From positions 21,015-85,014 of the forward strand of contig NZ_JBMDXN010000005.1 in assembly GCF_048595155.1 (NCBI RefSeq): 64,000 bases of DNA. Direction: 5' to 3'. Position 1 is the stretch's first letter, and the number at the start of each line of letters is the position of its first letter. The notes beneath the pieces were generated by a model, which saw only the letters and a program-made list of their open reading frames with translations, was not told the origin of the DNA and did no database searches. The translations under genes were made by a program, and so were the position numbers. This stretch comes from Sphingomonas sp. GTDB lineage: Bacteria > Pseudomonadota > Alphaproteobacteria > Sphingomonadales > Sphingomonadaceae. Below are positions 1 to 9,452 of this stretch, one piece after another.

Positions 1-13
1 GTAGAGGGCTTCG

Positions 14-997
14 ATGACCGCCGTACATTCCACGCGCATGCTGATCCTGGGTTCCGGCCCGGCTGGACTTTCTGCCGCCATTTACGGCGCGCGTGCAGGG
101 CTGGCGCCGATCGTCGTGCAGGGCATTCAGCCAGGCGGGCAGCTCACCATCACGACCGATGTGGAAAATTACCCCGGCTTTCGTGAGGTCATTCAGGGCC
201 CGTGGCTGATGGAGGAGATGCAGGCGCAGGCCGAGCATGTCGGCGCGCAGATGATGTGGGACATGATCGTCGAGGTCGATCTGTCGGAACGGCCGTTTCG
301 TCTGAAGGGCGACGGCGGCGCCGTCTATGTGTGCGACACGCTCGTGATTGCGACCGGCGCGCAGGCCAAGTGGCTGGGCGTTCCTGGCGAGCAGGAGCTC
401 GGCGGCCGCGGCGTATCCGCCTGCGCGACCTGCGACGGTTTCTTCTACCGCGGCAAGAAGGTCGCGGTGATCGGCGGCGGCAATACCGCGGTCGAGGAGG
501 CGCTCTACATGACCAATCACAGCCACGACGTGACGCTGATCCACCGCCGCGATTCGCTGCGGGCGGAAAAGATCCTGCAGGATCGGCTGTTCGCGCATCA
601 CGGCATCCACCCCTTGTGGAACAAGGAAGTGGTCCGCTTCGTCGGCGACCATGAAAGTGGCCTAGTCGGGATCGAGCTCAAGGACACAAAAAGCGGCGAA
701 ACGTCCTTGCTGGAAGTGGACGGCGGCTTCGTCGCGATTGGCCACCATCCCGCAACGGAGATGTTCGCTGGCCAACTCGAACTGGACGATGGCTATATCA
801 AGGTCACGCCAGGCACCGCCAAGACCAGCATTCCAGGCGTGTTCGCGTGTGGCGACGTGATGGATAAACATTACCGCCAGGCAATCACCGCCGCGGGCAC
901 CGGCTGCATGGCGGCACTCGACGCTGAGCGCTTCCTGCAGGAACAGGACTTCCCGGTCGCCGAGGACGTCAAGCTTCAGTCGGTGGCGGCGGAGTAG
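14..997 (+). CDS. trxB: thioredoxin-disulfide reductase
   Basis: 327-aa ORF; FAD motif GSGPAG near the N-terminus, redox-active CATCDG, second dinucleotide motif GGGNTA; length typical of TrxB. Confidence 0.95.
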   Translation: MTAVHSTRMLILGSGPAGLSAAIYGARAGLAPIVVQGIQPGGQLTITTDVENYPGFREVIQGPWLMEEMQAQAEHVGAQMMWDMIVEVDLSERPFRLKGDGGAVYVCDTLVIATGAQAKWLGVPGEQELGGRGVSACATCDGFFYRGKKVAVIGGGNTAVEEALYMTNHSHDVTLIHRRDSLRAEKILQDRLFAHHGIHPLWNKEVVRFVGDHESGLVGIELKDTKSGETSLLEVDGGFVAIGHHPATEMFAGQLELDDGYIKVTPGTAKTSIPGVFACGDVMDKHYRQAITAAGTGCMAALDAERFLQEQDFPVAEDVKLQSVAAE

Positions 998-1026
998 CGC
1001 TTGTAATCGCGCCGGGCGCATCGAAA

Positions 1027-1055
1027 CCCCGCATTTCAAGAGGTGAGATGCGGGG
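1027..1055. terminator. hairpin between convergent trxB and the islet ORF (possible bidirectional terminator)
   Basis: 8-bp stem CCCCGCAT / ATGCGGGG with a 13-nt loop, 30 nt after the trxB stop; no clear U-tract. Confidence 0.35.
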
Positions 1056-1186
1056 CTTCGACACGGCTCAATGGAAGCGTTTAAGGCGCCGGAAATCAGA
1101 TCGGTGCCTGCATCGCAGGGACTTATATGCAATCGCTAGTTCGTTGCCGATGCGCTCTTATGTGGACGTTGAACGAGACGATTCAA

Positions 1187-2125
1187 TTAGCGGCGTTGAT
1201 TTAGCGGCATAGGCTTTCGAGCTGCCTGAAATCTGTCATTCAAGTTTTCTAAGCTGTCAGCGACGTCACCAGCGATCCCCACGGCGCCAGCCTTCATCCA
1301 ATCCGTGGTTCCATGCCAAAGGCGACGAGCAACTCCAAATTGAGGCATGTCGCGCACCCTATGGTGGAGCCTTTGATGTTTTTCTCGGTCTAAAACCTTC
1401 AAAAATAGGGGATTGTTCTTCCAATGCTTCACATTGCGAGCGATCCCGTTCAGCTCAAATACGTGATGAACGTCTTGGAGGTTTGATGCCAGACCGAGCT
1501 TATGCATTTTCCGCTGAACTGCATAAGCCTTGGGAACCCAGGTCTTCGATGCCCGGGCTATTTTTGCGGCGCCTCTCACTGCCTTGATGCCAACTCCGAT
1601 AGGAGTAACATCCGATACGGCCATTGCCGTGTTGAACGCAGCCGACCCATAATTCCCCTCCTGAAGGTCAGCGACTGCGTCCCATGCTGGTCCTATTACA
1701 GGTATAAACCCCTCCGCGAAGTTTGGCCGTGCTATTTTGGGTCCTGCCTGGAAGTCTTGAAATCTGCCGGCAATACCCAAACTGGGTCGGTGGCGCGGAG
1801 CTCCTTGCGTTAGTGTGTTTGGATTTTTATAAGCTTCTGCTCGCTGCCCCACCGAAGCGGGTTGGAAAGGCTTGAAGTGTCCGCGTATCTCCTGTGCGCG
1901 AAGGTAAGCCCCTTTTATCGGCGGCGCGTTTAGGTCAGGGAGTCGTGGTTGTGCGATATCTCGATTGGGTTGACCTCCCGGATTAGTTGCTGGCGGCAAT
2001 AGAATCGGTCGTTTCATTTCGCCAAACCGCGCAAGTAATCCGCCAATCCTTTCGCGCGGTTGCTGCTGGTCCTGAAGTGGGGAAGACCGTTCCCGGATTT
2101 TGCCGTCGCCTCTGTTCCGCTTCAT
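1187..2125 (-). CDS. hypothetical protein, polymorphic-toxin-like (PT-TG-like segment plus C-terminal HH..N..H nuclease-like motif)
   Basis: ORF in an AT-rich islet; ATG at 2125 has GGAG 5 nt upstream (the track's longer version starts at GTG 2251); segment FIPVIGPAWDAVADLQEGNYG..VTPIGVGIKAVRGAAK; C-terminus DVHHVFELNG..KNNPLFLKVLDREKHQRLHH; no signal peptide. Confidence 0.6.
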   Translation of the reverse strand: MKRNRGDGKIRERSSPLQDQQQPRERIGGLLARFGEMKRPILLPPATNPGGQPNRDIAQPRLPDLNAPPIKGAYLRAQEIRGHFKPFQPASVGQRAEAYKNPNTLTQGAPRHRPSLGIAGRFQDFQAGPKIARPNFAEGFIPVIGPAWDAVADLQEGNYGSAAFNTAMAVSDVTPIGVGIKAVRGAAKIARASKTWVPKAYAVQRKMHKLGLASNLQDVHHVFELNGIARNVKHWKNNPLFLKVLDREKHQRLHHRVRDMPQFGVARRLWHGTTDWMKAGAVGIAGDVADSLENLNDRFQAARKPMPLNQRR

Positions 2126-2270
2126 AGTTACTCCATCAACTGCATGCGGATGCCTCGGCTGCTCACCTGACGTGACCACCGACACAGCGCATAATGAATT
2201 ATAGGGAATACCAGCCGCTCGTTTGCTCGCGACGGTCGCTTTTTGTCGCACAAAAACGCCAAAAAGTCAA

Positions 2271-2285
2271 GAACAAAAACAGAAC
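2271..2285 (-). promoter_or_regulatory. SOS-box-like direct repeat GTTC-N7-GTTC upstream of the islet ORF
   Basis: Minus strand reads GTTCtgtttttGTTC, immediately followed by TTGACT (-35-like); A/T-rich context raises the chance-match risk. Confidence 0.35.
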
Positions 2286-2361
2286 AAACGCTACTGCGGA
2301 GACGGAAGTTCAGTCGCATACCTCGTCGATCGCGCATCTGCGCGGCTACGAACCAGGCAGG

Positions 2362-3099
2362 CTAGTAACGCGCGCCCACGAAATACAGCCCGTCCGCAGG
2401 TGCGTTAAGCCCAAGCGCGGCTCGGTCTCGGGCTTCCAGCGCTTGCCTCATGTCCTCCACACTCCATTGACCTTGGCCGACCAGGCCGAGGCACCCGACC
2501 ATAGAACGGACCTGATGATGCAGGAAGGAGCGGGCGGAGGCTTCGACCAGAACATGATCGCCGTCGCGCCGCACATCGAGCCGGTCGAGCGTCTTGATCG
2601 GGCTTTCCGCTTGGCAGTGGGCTGAGCGGAACGTGGTGAAATCGTGTCGGCCGACCAGCCTTTGCGCGGCTTCGTGCATTGCCGCTGCATCAAGCGGGCG
2701 AGCGATGCGCCAGGCTCGTCCTGCTTCGAGGGTGAGCGGCGGCCGACGGTTGATGATGCGGTAGAGATAGTCGCGGCCGACGCAGGAGAAGCGGGCATGC
2801 CAATCGCCTGGCACAATCTCACAGCCAAGGATGGCGATTGGCAGCGGCTTCAACAGCCCGTTCAGCGCTTCCATTAGGCGGAAGGGCGTGAATGGCTTGG
2901 TGATGTCGAGGTGCGCCGCCATCGCCAGCGCGTGCACGCCAGCGTCGGTTCGGCCCGCCGCGAACAGGATCGGCGTCTCGCTGGTGGCGGTGGCTGCGGC
3001 ATCCTCGATCGCCTGCTGGACCGATGGGCCATGCGCCTGGCGTTGCCAGCCCATGAAAGGGCGGCCATCAAATTCCACCGTCAGGCGGAAGCGCGTCAT
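2362..3099 (-). CDS. truA: tRNA pseudouridine(38-40) synthase
   Basis: 245 aa; N-terminus [21 protein letters not shown] and catalytic-Asp context [11 protein letters not shown] typical of TruA; start overlaps the fmt stop (ATGA). Confidence 0.93.
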   Translation of the reverse strand: MTRFRLTVEFDGRPFMGWQRQAHGPSVQQAIEDAAATATSETPILFAAGRTDAGVHALAMAAHLDITKPFTPFRLMEALNGLLKPLPIAILGCEIVPGDWHARFSCVGRDYLYRIINRRPPLTLEAGRAWRIARPLDAAAMHEAAQRLVGRHDFTTFRSAHCQAESPIKTLDRLDVRRDGDHVLVEASARSFLHHQVRSMVGCLGLVGQGQWSVEDMRQALEARDRAALGLNAPADGLYFVGARY

Positions 3100-3998
3100 G
3101 TCAGGATGGTGCCTGCCGGTATTGCAAAACCGCGCAGTAATTCCTCCGCTGTCATCACGCCGCGGCCGGCGCGCTGAACACGTGACGGACGGATTGCGCC
3201 ATCACCGCACGCAATGACCAGACCATCGAAAACCGTGCCCGGGGCAGCCGGAGCACTGGTAATCTCGGCTGCCAGGATGCGGATGCGCTCGCCCGCATGT
3301 TCGAACCAGGCGCCAGGGCCCGGCGCGAAGGCGCGGATCTGCCGCTCGACCTGAAGGGCCGGGACGGCGAAGTCGATCCGCGCCTCTGCCTTGTCGATCT
3401 TGGCGGCGTAGGTGACGCCCGCATCCGGCTGCGGCTGGGCGGGATAGGCGCCGGGATCAGCGAGCACTTCGACCATCATGGCGGCACCCATCTTGGCGAG
3501 CTCGGCCGTGAGCAAGCCCGCATCCTTTTGGCCGATTGCGGTCTTTTCCACGGCCAGCATGTCGCCCGTGTCCAGACCGGCTTCCATCGCCATGATGGTG
3601 ACACCTGTCTCCGCGTCGCCGGCCAGGATCGCGCGCTGGACCGGCGCGGCCCCGCGCCAGCGTGGCAGCAGCGAGGCATGCACATTGAGGCAATCCCAAA
3701 CCGGGATGTCGAGTATCTCCTGCGGCAGGATCAGGCCGTAAGCAGCGACGATAGCAACGTCTGGCTCCAGCGCGGCGAAGTCGGCCTGGGCCTCTGCGCT
3801 GCGCAACGATTGGGGTGAGCGGACCGGAATGCCCAGCGCTTCGGCGCGGAGCTGTACCGGCGAGGGGCGGTCGGCCTTGCCGCGGCCGGCGGGGCGGGGC
3901 GGCTGGGTGTAAACGGCAGCGATGTCATGCCCGGCGGCATGCAACGCGTCGAGCGTTGGCACCGCGAAATCGGGCGTTCCCATGAAGATGATGCGCAT
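3096..3998 (-). CDS. fmt: methionyl-tRNA formyltransferase
   Basis: Start placed at ATG 3998 ([13 protein letters not shown], canonical Fmt N-terminus) rather than GTG 4028; [13 protein letters not shown] motif. Confidence 0.93.
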   Translation of the reverse strand: MRIIFMGTPDFAVPTLDALHAAGHDIAAVYTQPPRPAGRGKADRPSPVQLRAEALGIPVRSPQSLRSAEAQADFAALEPDVAIVAAYGLILPQEILDIPVWDCLNVHASLLPRWRGAAPVQRAILAGDAETGVTIMAMEAGLDTGDMLAVEKTAIGQKDAGLLTAELAKMGAAMMVEVLADPGAYPAQPQPDAGVTYAAKIDKAEARIDFAVPALQVERQIRAFAPGPGAWFEHAGERIRILAAEITSAPAAPGTVFDGLVIACGDGAIRPSRVQRAGRGVMTAEELLRGFAIPAGTILT

Positions 3999-4113
3999 GC
4001 GGGGGGCTTCACCACAAAGCCGGGCCACTTTCTACCTTCCTCATGCCGGTCTTGGATCGCTCTCGGTAAGTTCAGGGTGACGAAGGCCCCTAGAGCCCCT
4101 ATTTGTTCCTGCG

Positions 4114-4710
4114 ATGGCTTCTCCTGAAATTGATGCGCTGACGCAGGCGCTGGCGCGGCTGCCGGGGCTGGGCCCGCGTTCGGCGCGCCGCGCCGTGCTG
4201 CATCTGCTGAAGAAACGCGAGGCGGCACTGGGCCCGCTCCAGCGCGCGCTGGAAGCGGTTAGCGAGAGGCTGGCGAGTTGCTCGACCTGCGGCAACGTCG
4301 ATACGTCGGACCCTTGCGCTATCTGTGCCGATCCGCGGCGCGACACGCGCATGCTGTGCGTTGTCGAAGAAGTGGCGGACCTGTGGGCGCTGGATCGCAC
4401 ACGGCTTTTCCCCGGCCGCTTCCATGTGCTTGGCGGACGGCTCGCGGCGCTGGAGGGCGTACGGCCGGAAGATCTAACGATCGATCAGTTGGTCGGGCGG
4501 ATCGAGCGTGGCGGCATCGACGAAGTCGTGCTGGCAATGAACGCCACACTCGAGGGACAGACTACCGCGCACTATATAGCCGAGCGAATCGAACGCTTTC
4601 CTGTGCGCGTCACACAATTGGCGCATGGCCTGCCCGTCGGCGGAGAGCTTGATTATCTGGATGAAGGTACGTTGGCGCAGGCGCTGCGCGCACGACGGCC
4701 GGTGGCTTAA
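4114..4710 (+). CDS. recR: recombination protein RecR
   Basis: 198 aa; helix-hairpin-helix N-terminus ([11 protein letters not shown]), Cys4 zinc finger CSTCGN..CAIC, Toprim-like C-terminal half. Confidence 0.95.
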   Translation: MASPEIDALTQALARLPGLGPRSARRAVLHLLKKREAALGPLQRALEAVSERLASCSTCGNVDTSDPCAICADPRRDTRMLCVVEEVADLWALDRTRLFPGRFHVLGGRLAALEGVRPEDLTIDQLVGRIERGGIDEVVLAMNATLEGQTTAHYIAERIERFPVRVTQLAHGLPVGGELDYLDEGTLAQALRARRPVA

Positions 4711-4775
4711 TCCGGCGCCCCTTAATCCGACGTCCATCTTTCGGTAAGGGATCGTGGTTCCCAGCCTCCGCTGGG

Positions 4776-5168
4776 ATGAAGGGGGCGATAGAAATGGGCG
4801 TCACAGGAATTGGCGGCTTCTTCTTCCGGGCGCAGGATCCTGAAGCGCTCGGTGCATGGTACGCGACCCATTTAGGCGTCGGTGCTGGCGAATATGGCAC
4901 GTGGGAGCCACAGGCCGGATCATCCGTCTTCTCGCCGTTCAAGGCTGACACCGATTATTTCGATCGCGATAAGCAATGGATGCTCAATTTCCGCGTCGAC
5001 GATCTCGACGCGCTGGTGGCGCGCCTGCACGCCGCCGGGACCGACGTGATCACCAAGTCGGAGTGGGACATGCCTGGCGTCGGTCGTTTCGTGCGTATCC
5101 ACGATCCGGAAGGTAATCCGATCGAGCTATGGCAAGCTGCGCTTGAAGGTAACGCCGACGAGGCTTAA
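4776..5168 (+). CDS. VOC (glyoxalase/bleomycin-resistance) family protein
   Basis: 130 aa; small beta-alpha-beta-beta-beta pattern (GIGGFFFRAQDPEAL..FVRIHDPEGNPIELWQ) typical of the VOC family; true start may be Met7. Confidence 0.75.
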   Translation: MKGAIEMGVTGIGGFFFRAQDPEALGAWYATHLGVGAGEYGTWEPQAGSSVFSPFKADTDYFDRDKQWMLNFRVDDLDALVARLHAAGTDVITKSEWDMPGVGRFVRIHDPEGNPIELWQAALEGNADEA

Positions 5169-5177
5169 ATTGCGCAG

Positions 5178-5711
5178 ATGGCTATTCGTCCGATCATCGA
5201 GGCGCCCGACCCCCGGCTGCGCGTGAAATCCACTCCTGTCGAAGCGGTGGATGATGATCTGCGCGCACTGATCGCCGACATGTTCGAAACGATGTACGAT
5301 GCGCCCGGGATCGGCCTTGCCGCGATCCAGATCGGCGTGCCCAAGCGCGTATTGGTCATCGATCTGCAGGAGGAGGAAGGCCCGGACGGCCAGCCGATCC
5401 GCAATCCGTTGGTCTTTATCAATCCAGAACTGTCAGATCCTTCGGCCGACAATAACATCTATAATGAAGGCTGCCTGTCGGTGCCTGATCAGTTCGCCGA
5501 GGTCGAACGGCCAGCAACGATCCATGCGAAATGGCTCGACGAGAATGGCGTGGAGCATGACGAGCTGATCGAGGGGATGCTGGCGACGTGTCTCCAGCAC
5601 GAGATGGACCACCTCGAGGGCATCTTGTTCATCGATCACCTGTCTCGCCTGAAGCGGGAAATGGTGCTCAAGAAACTGGAAAAAGCGCGGCGCCAAACCC
5701 GCGCCGCCTGA
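5178..5711 (+). CDS. def: peptide deformylase
   Basis: 177 aa with the three Def motifs GIGLAAIQ, EGCLSVP, QHEMDHLEG. Confidence 0.95.
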   Translation: MAIRPIIEAPDPRLRVKSTPVEAVDDDLRALIADMFETMYDAPGIGLAAIQIGVPKRVLVIDLQEEEGPDGQPIRNPLVFINPELSDPSADNNIYNEGCLSVPDQFAEVERPATIHAKWLDENGVEHDELIEGMLATCLQHEMDHLEGILFIDHLSRLKREMVLKKLEKARRQTRAA

Positions 5712-5739
5712 CAAGCGCATTCAGGGTTCCCAGCGCCTC

Positions 5740-6333
5740 TTAAAAACGGGCGCTAAGGCTCATCCCGGCAGTTCGGCTATCGCCCCACGGCACGAGCCGG
5801 ACATTCTGGTTGCGGCGTGCGGTCAGCAGAAATCCGCTGCCCGTTCCGATGGCAGCACCGGCAACGACATCATACCAATGGTGCTTGCGAGCCTCTACCC
5901 GAGCCGTCGCGACGAAGCTCGCCAGCGCAAATGCAGGCAAGCCTGCTTTCCAACCGTAGCGGTTTTCCAGGCTTGCCGCGGCAGCAAACGCCTCGGAGCT
6001 ATGGCCGGAAGGGAAACTTTTCCGATCGCTGCCGTCCGGACGCCGTTCCGGAAAGAGGCGCTTCAGGCCATAGGCAGCGCCGCCCGCGAGCAAGATGCTC
6101 CCGCCGGCCTGCAGACTGCCGTTCCAATCCCCTTGCACCGCAGGTACCCCCAACGCTGCGGCCAGCAGTGCGTCGCGACCGATATCGCTCGCTTGCCCCC
6201 ACCCATGCGCACCAGCCGCGGCCGGGGAGGCCAGCAGGAGCAAGCCGGATGCGCAATAGGTGCCGAAGCTGCTACGCAGGGCCGGTCGCGCTACGGCGCG
6301 CAAGTAAGTTGGGCTCGATGCAATCGGTTCCAT
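5740..6333 (-). CDS. PAP2-family phosphatase (membrane/periplasmic)
   Basis: Motifs K-x6-RP (KRLFPERRP), PSGH, and R-x5-H-x3-D (ARVEARKHHWYD); start set at ATG 6333, TTG 6399 also possible. Confidence 0.75.
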   Translation of the reverse strand: MEPIASSPTYLRAVARPALRSSFGTYCASGLLLLASPAAAGAHGWGQASDIGRDALLAAALGVPAVQGDWNGSLQAGGSILLAGGAAYGLKRLFPERRPDGSDRKSFPSGHSSEAFAAAASLENRYGWKAGLPAFALASFVATARVEARKHHWYDVVAGAAIGTGSGFLLTARRNQNVRLVPWGDSRTAGMSLSARF

Positions 6334-6489
6334 GCCGTCACGATCTGCCGAAATTCTCCGGGCGGGGGAAGACGCATCTGTTAACGTGACAAAAATCAAA
6401 TGATCTGAATATATTGGTGGGATCTGACGAAGCTATTCTGTCGGTAGCGTGCAGCGTTGCGTCTGCCCCGATAGTGCGGCTGGAGCGGT

Positions 6490-6993
6490 TTGGTGAGATA
6501 TTTGCTGCTCGGGGCCATTGCGTTGGGAGCAGGCGCGCAGGCGCAGGTTCCGGCCCATGGGGGTGTCCGGTTGAGCAGGGCAATCGGCATCGTGGAAAGC
6601 CACGTTTCGGGACGCGCGATCGAGGCCGATGTGCAGAAGCGCGGCGGCCGCCTCGTCTATGAGATCGACGTGGTGCGTGGGCCCATATTGCACCGCGCGC
6701 TTGTCGATATCCAAAGCGGGAAGTTGATCTCTGTGACAAGGCCGCGGCTGGAAAACTGGACATTGCCCTGGCTGGACCCGGAGCGTCTGCGCGAAGGGGC
6801 CCGCGCCGTGCCGCTCGCTGAGCGTTTGGAACTGCTCGAGGAACGAAATCATGGTGAGGTCCGCGACGTGGATTTCGCGGTGGAACATGGCCGGGGCGTG
6901 TTTGAGATCGAGTTCGCGACCGCGGCCGGCATCGGCAAGGTGCGGATCGATGGCGTCTCGGGGAAACGCCTCGAGTTGGCGGAGAGCGACTAA
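6490..6993 (+). CDS. PepSY-domain periplasmic protein
   Basis: Signal peptide MVRYLLLGAIALGAGAQA, two PepSY-like repeats (GRAIEADVQKRGGRLVYEIDVV; GEVRDVDFAVEHGRGVFEIEF); directly upstream of a two-component pair. Confidence 0.7.
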   Translation: MVRYLLLGAIALGAGAQAQVPAHGGVRLSRAIGIVESHVSGRAIEADVQKRGGRLVYEIDVVRGPILHRALVDIQSGKLISVTRPRLENWTLPWLDPERLREGARAVPLAERLELLEERNHGEVRDVDFAVEHGRGVFEIEFATAAGIGKVRIDGVSGKRLELAESD

Positions 6994-7010
6994 CCTGCGA
7001 TAGCGCCCAC

Positions 7011-7688
7011 GTGCATATTCTGTTGATCGAAGACGACGCCGACGTTGCCGCCCATGTCGCCAAAGGCCTGCGGGAGGCTGGTCATCTGGTCGAGCCGGCC
7101 GCGGATGGACGCGAGGGCCTGCTGAAGGCGGCGGCGGACCGCTACGACGTGATCGTGCTCGATCGCATGCTGCCGAAGATTGACGGGTTGAAGATCCTTC
7201 AGACCATCCGCGCAACCGGTGACACCACCCCGGTCATGATCCTCAGCGCTCTAGGCGATATCGACGAGCGGATCAGGGGATTGCGGGCGGGGAGCGACGA
7301 TTATCTGCCCAAGCCGTTTGCGCTGTCGGAGCTGGTCGCGCGCGTCGAGGTATTGGCGCGTCGTGCGCCCCAGATCGCCCAAACGACTGAATTACATGCG
7401 GGCGACGTGGTGATTGATCTGCTGGGTCATAGCGTCACCCGCAACGGACGCCGGATCGAGCTTACCCAGCGGGAATTCCGCATCCTGGAATATCTGGTCC
7501 GTAACGCGGATCGTGTGGTCACCCGCTCCATGCTGCTGGAACATGTCTGGGATTATGCGTTCGATCCGCAGACCAACATCATCGATCAGCACGTCAGTCG
7601 GCTACGGCAGAAACTGGATCGCGATTCGGATTGGCCGTTGATCGAGACGGTGCGTGGCACGGGATATGTGGTGCGGTCGCGTCGGTGA
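7011..7688 (+). CDS. OmpR-family response regulator
   Basis: 225 aa; receiver (LLIEDD..VIVLDRMLP..KPF) plus winged-helix C-terminus (TVRGTGY); GTG start. Confidence 0.9.
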   Translation: MHILLIEDDADVAAHVAKGLREAGHLVEPAADGREGLLKAAADRYDVIVLDRMLPKIDGLKILQTIRATGDTTPVMILSALGDIDERIRGLRAGSDDYLPKPFALSELVARVEVLARRAPQIAQTTELHAGDVVIDLLGHSVTRNGRRIELTQREFRILEYLVRNADRVVTRSMLLEHVWDYAFDPQTNIIDQHVSRLRQKLDRDSDWPLIETVRGTGYVVRSRR

Positions 7689-9055
7689 GGCGGCTTCTCC
7701 GCAGCCTCTCGTTTCGACTCGCCATCCTCTACGCGGGCCTGTTCACGGGCTCGCTGTTGCTCCTGTTCACAGGCTATTATGCCATCGCCATCCGTCTGCC
7801 GCTGCATCGCAGCGAATTGATCGTACAGCGCGAAGCTGCGGCCCTGCAAAATTCGTACATCGTCGATGGCGCGGCCGCCCTGACGGCGCGGCTCAAGGCA
7901 CGTGATCAGGTCCATGATCACAGCAAGGCGTTCCACGCCTTCATTGATCGGGACGGCAGGGTGGTGACCGCCAACTTGCCCAGCTGGCCTAAGATGGCCC
8001 GCAGCGGATGGCAGCGCATCGAGGCGGACCTGTTCGTCGATGGAGACGAAACCGACTTCGAGGCCCTGGCGATCGATCGGCGCTTTGCCGACGGTGCGCG
8101 CCTGATCGTCGGCCGCGACGTCGGCAATATCAGCGAGCGCGAGGCCGCGCTCAAATCGACCGCACTCTTCATGATCGGTGCCGCGGTGGTGCTCGGGTTG
8201 CTAGGCGGCATCTTCATGAGCCGCTCCATCGCGTACAGGCTCGACGCGGTCAGTGCGACGGCACGGCACGTGATGGCCGGCGATCTCACCCAGCGCGTGC
8301 CCTTGCAAGGCAGCGGAGATGACTTTGACCGGCTGGCGGAAACGCTCAATCTGATGCTGACGCGCATCGAAGGCGCGATGGATGCTGTCCGCCGTGTATC
8401 CGACAGCGTCGCCCACGAACTGCGAACCCCGCTGACCCGGTTGCGCAGCAAGCTGGAGGACGTGCCGGACACGGCATCACCGGCCCAGGCTCACGCGGCG
8501 GTGGACGACGCGCTGCAGGAAATTACGCGTATGGAGACGATCTTCGCCGCGGTCCTGCGTATCTCCAGGATCGAGGCGGCGCGTCACAATGCGGCCATGC
8601 AAACCGTGGCGTTGCCTGCCTTGATCGAGGATGCGGCAGACTTTTACCGGCCGCTGGCCGAGGCCAAGCAGATCGCGCTGCAAGTGAGCGCGGAACAGGG
8701 GGTGGAGGCGATCGGAGATCCCGATCTGATCTTCCAGGCGCTTACCAATCTGCTCGATAATGCGATCAAATATATCCCGGCCCGCTCCTCCATCATCATC
8801 AGCGCACATGTTTCAGAGGCGAGTGTCGTGGTCGCGGTTACGGACGATGGGCCCGGCGTCGACGATGTATATCTCGACAAGCTGACGGAACGCTTCTTCC
8901 GGGCGGCTCCGGAAGGCGTGAGCGGCATCGGCCTGGGGCTCAGCCTCGTCGCTGCCATCGCGGCATTGCACGGCGACGCGCTCCGTCTGACCAACCAGCG
9001 TCCCGGCTTATCGGCGGAAATCCGATTAAAGCGACATTTCGCCCGGCATTCCTAA
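7685..9055 (+). CDS. sensor histidine kinase (HAMP-HisKA-HATPase)
   Basis: Start moved to GTG 7685, overlapping the RR stop (GTGA); two TM segments, H-box SDSVAHELRTPLT, N/G boxes (LLDNAIKY, GIGLGLS). Confidence 0.85.
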   Translation: MRRLLRSLSFRLAILYAGLFTGSLLLLFTGYYAIAIRLPLHRSELIVQREAAALQNSYIVDGAAALTARLKARDQVHDHSKAFHAFIDRDGRVVTANLPSWPKMARSGWQRIEADLFVDGDETDFEALAIDRRFADGARLIVGRDVGNISEREAALKSTALFMIGAAVVLGLLGGIFMSRSIAYRLDAVSATARHVMAGDLTQRVPLQGSGDDFDRLAETLNLMLTRIEGAMDAVRRVSDSVAHELRTPLTRLRSKLEDVPDTASPAQAHAAVDDALQEITRMETIFAAVLRISRIEAARHNAAMQTVALPALIEDAADFYRPLAEAKQIALQVSAEQGVEAIGDPDLIFQALTNLLDNAIKYIPARSSIIISAHVSEASVVVAVTDDGPGVDDVYLDKLTERFFRAAPEGVSGIGLGLSLVAAIAALHGDALRLTNQRPGLSAEIRLKRHFARHS

Positions 9056-9059
9056 GGGG

Positions 9060-9452
9060 TCAATTCGCCAGCGTAGCCAAAGCGCGCTGGCAATCTTCTA
9101 CACATTCGCGGCACATCTCGGCGCAGCGCTTGCAATGATCGTGGTCGTGCTTCTCGCACTCCTCGGCGCACCAGGTGCAGATGTCGATGCAGGCGCGTAG
9201 CATCGCACCCAGCGCCGCGTCGTTGTTACCGGTACGACGCACCGCCATGCGCGACGTTGCGGTGCAGGCGTCCGCGGCGTCCATGCACACGCGGATGCAC
9301 TCACGCATGTCCATGTCCTCAGCCGAGCAGGCGTCGGCGCACGATGTTGCGATGACAGCGCAATACATGGCATGCTTCGCCGCCTCCGCCAGCGGCTCGT
9401 TGATATGGCCGTCGGCAGAAGGGTGCGACGCGATCATCTTGCGGATGGACAT
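9060..9452 (-). CDS. cysteine-rich four-helix-bundle (DUF326-type, putative copper-binding) protein
   Basis: 130 aa from ATG 9452 (MSIRKM); repeated Cys motifs CADACSAE..CIRVCMDAADAC..CIDICTWCAEEC..CKRCAEMCRECVEDC. Confidence 0.75.
   Translation of the reverse strand: MSIRKMIASHPSADGHINEPLAEAAKHAMYCAVIATSCADACSAEDMDMRECIRVCMDAADACTATSRMAVRRTGNNDAALGAMLRACIDICTWCAEECEKHDHDHCKRCAEMCRECVEDCQRALATLAN

Noticed and set aside
662-1132. 156-aa minus-strand ORF downstream of the toxin-like gene, considered as a possible immunity gene
   Set aside because: Most of it is antisense to trxB coding sequence at host-like high GC. Only its first ~45 codons lie in the spacer, so it is not a credible independent gene.
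1502-1813. 103-aa plus-strand ORF inside the islet
   Set aside because: It is antisense to the longer, better-supported islet ORF, is Cys/Arg/Ser-rich with no start signals, and is kept only as an untested alternative.
2126-2251. N-terminal extension of the toxin-like ORF from GTG 2251 (the track's 354-aa version)
   Set aside because: ATG 2125 has a GGAG at ideal spacing, and promoter-like TATAAT and TTGACT elements lie inside the extension. The longer form cannot be fully excluded.
7631-7684. 5' extension of the histidine kinase ORF overlapping the response regulator by 58 nt
   Set aside because: A GTG at 7685 gives the common GTGA stop/start overlap and begins right at the basic pre-TM segment, so the extension is unnecessary.
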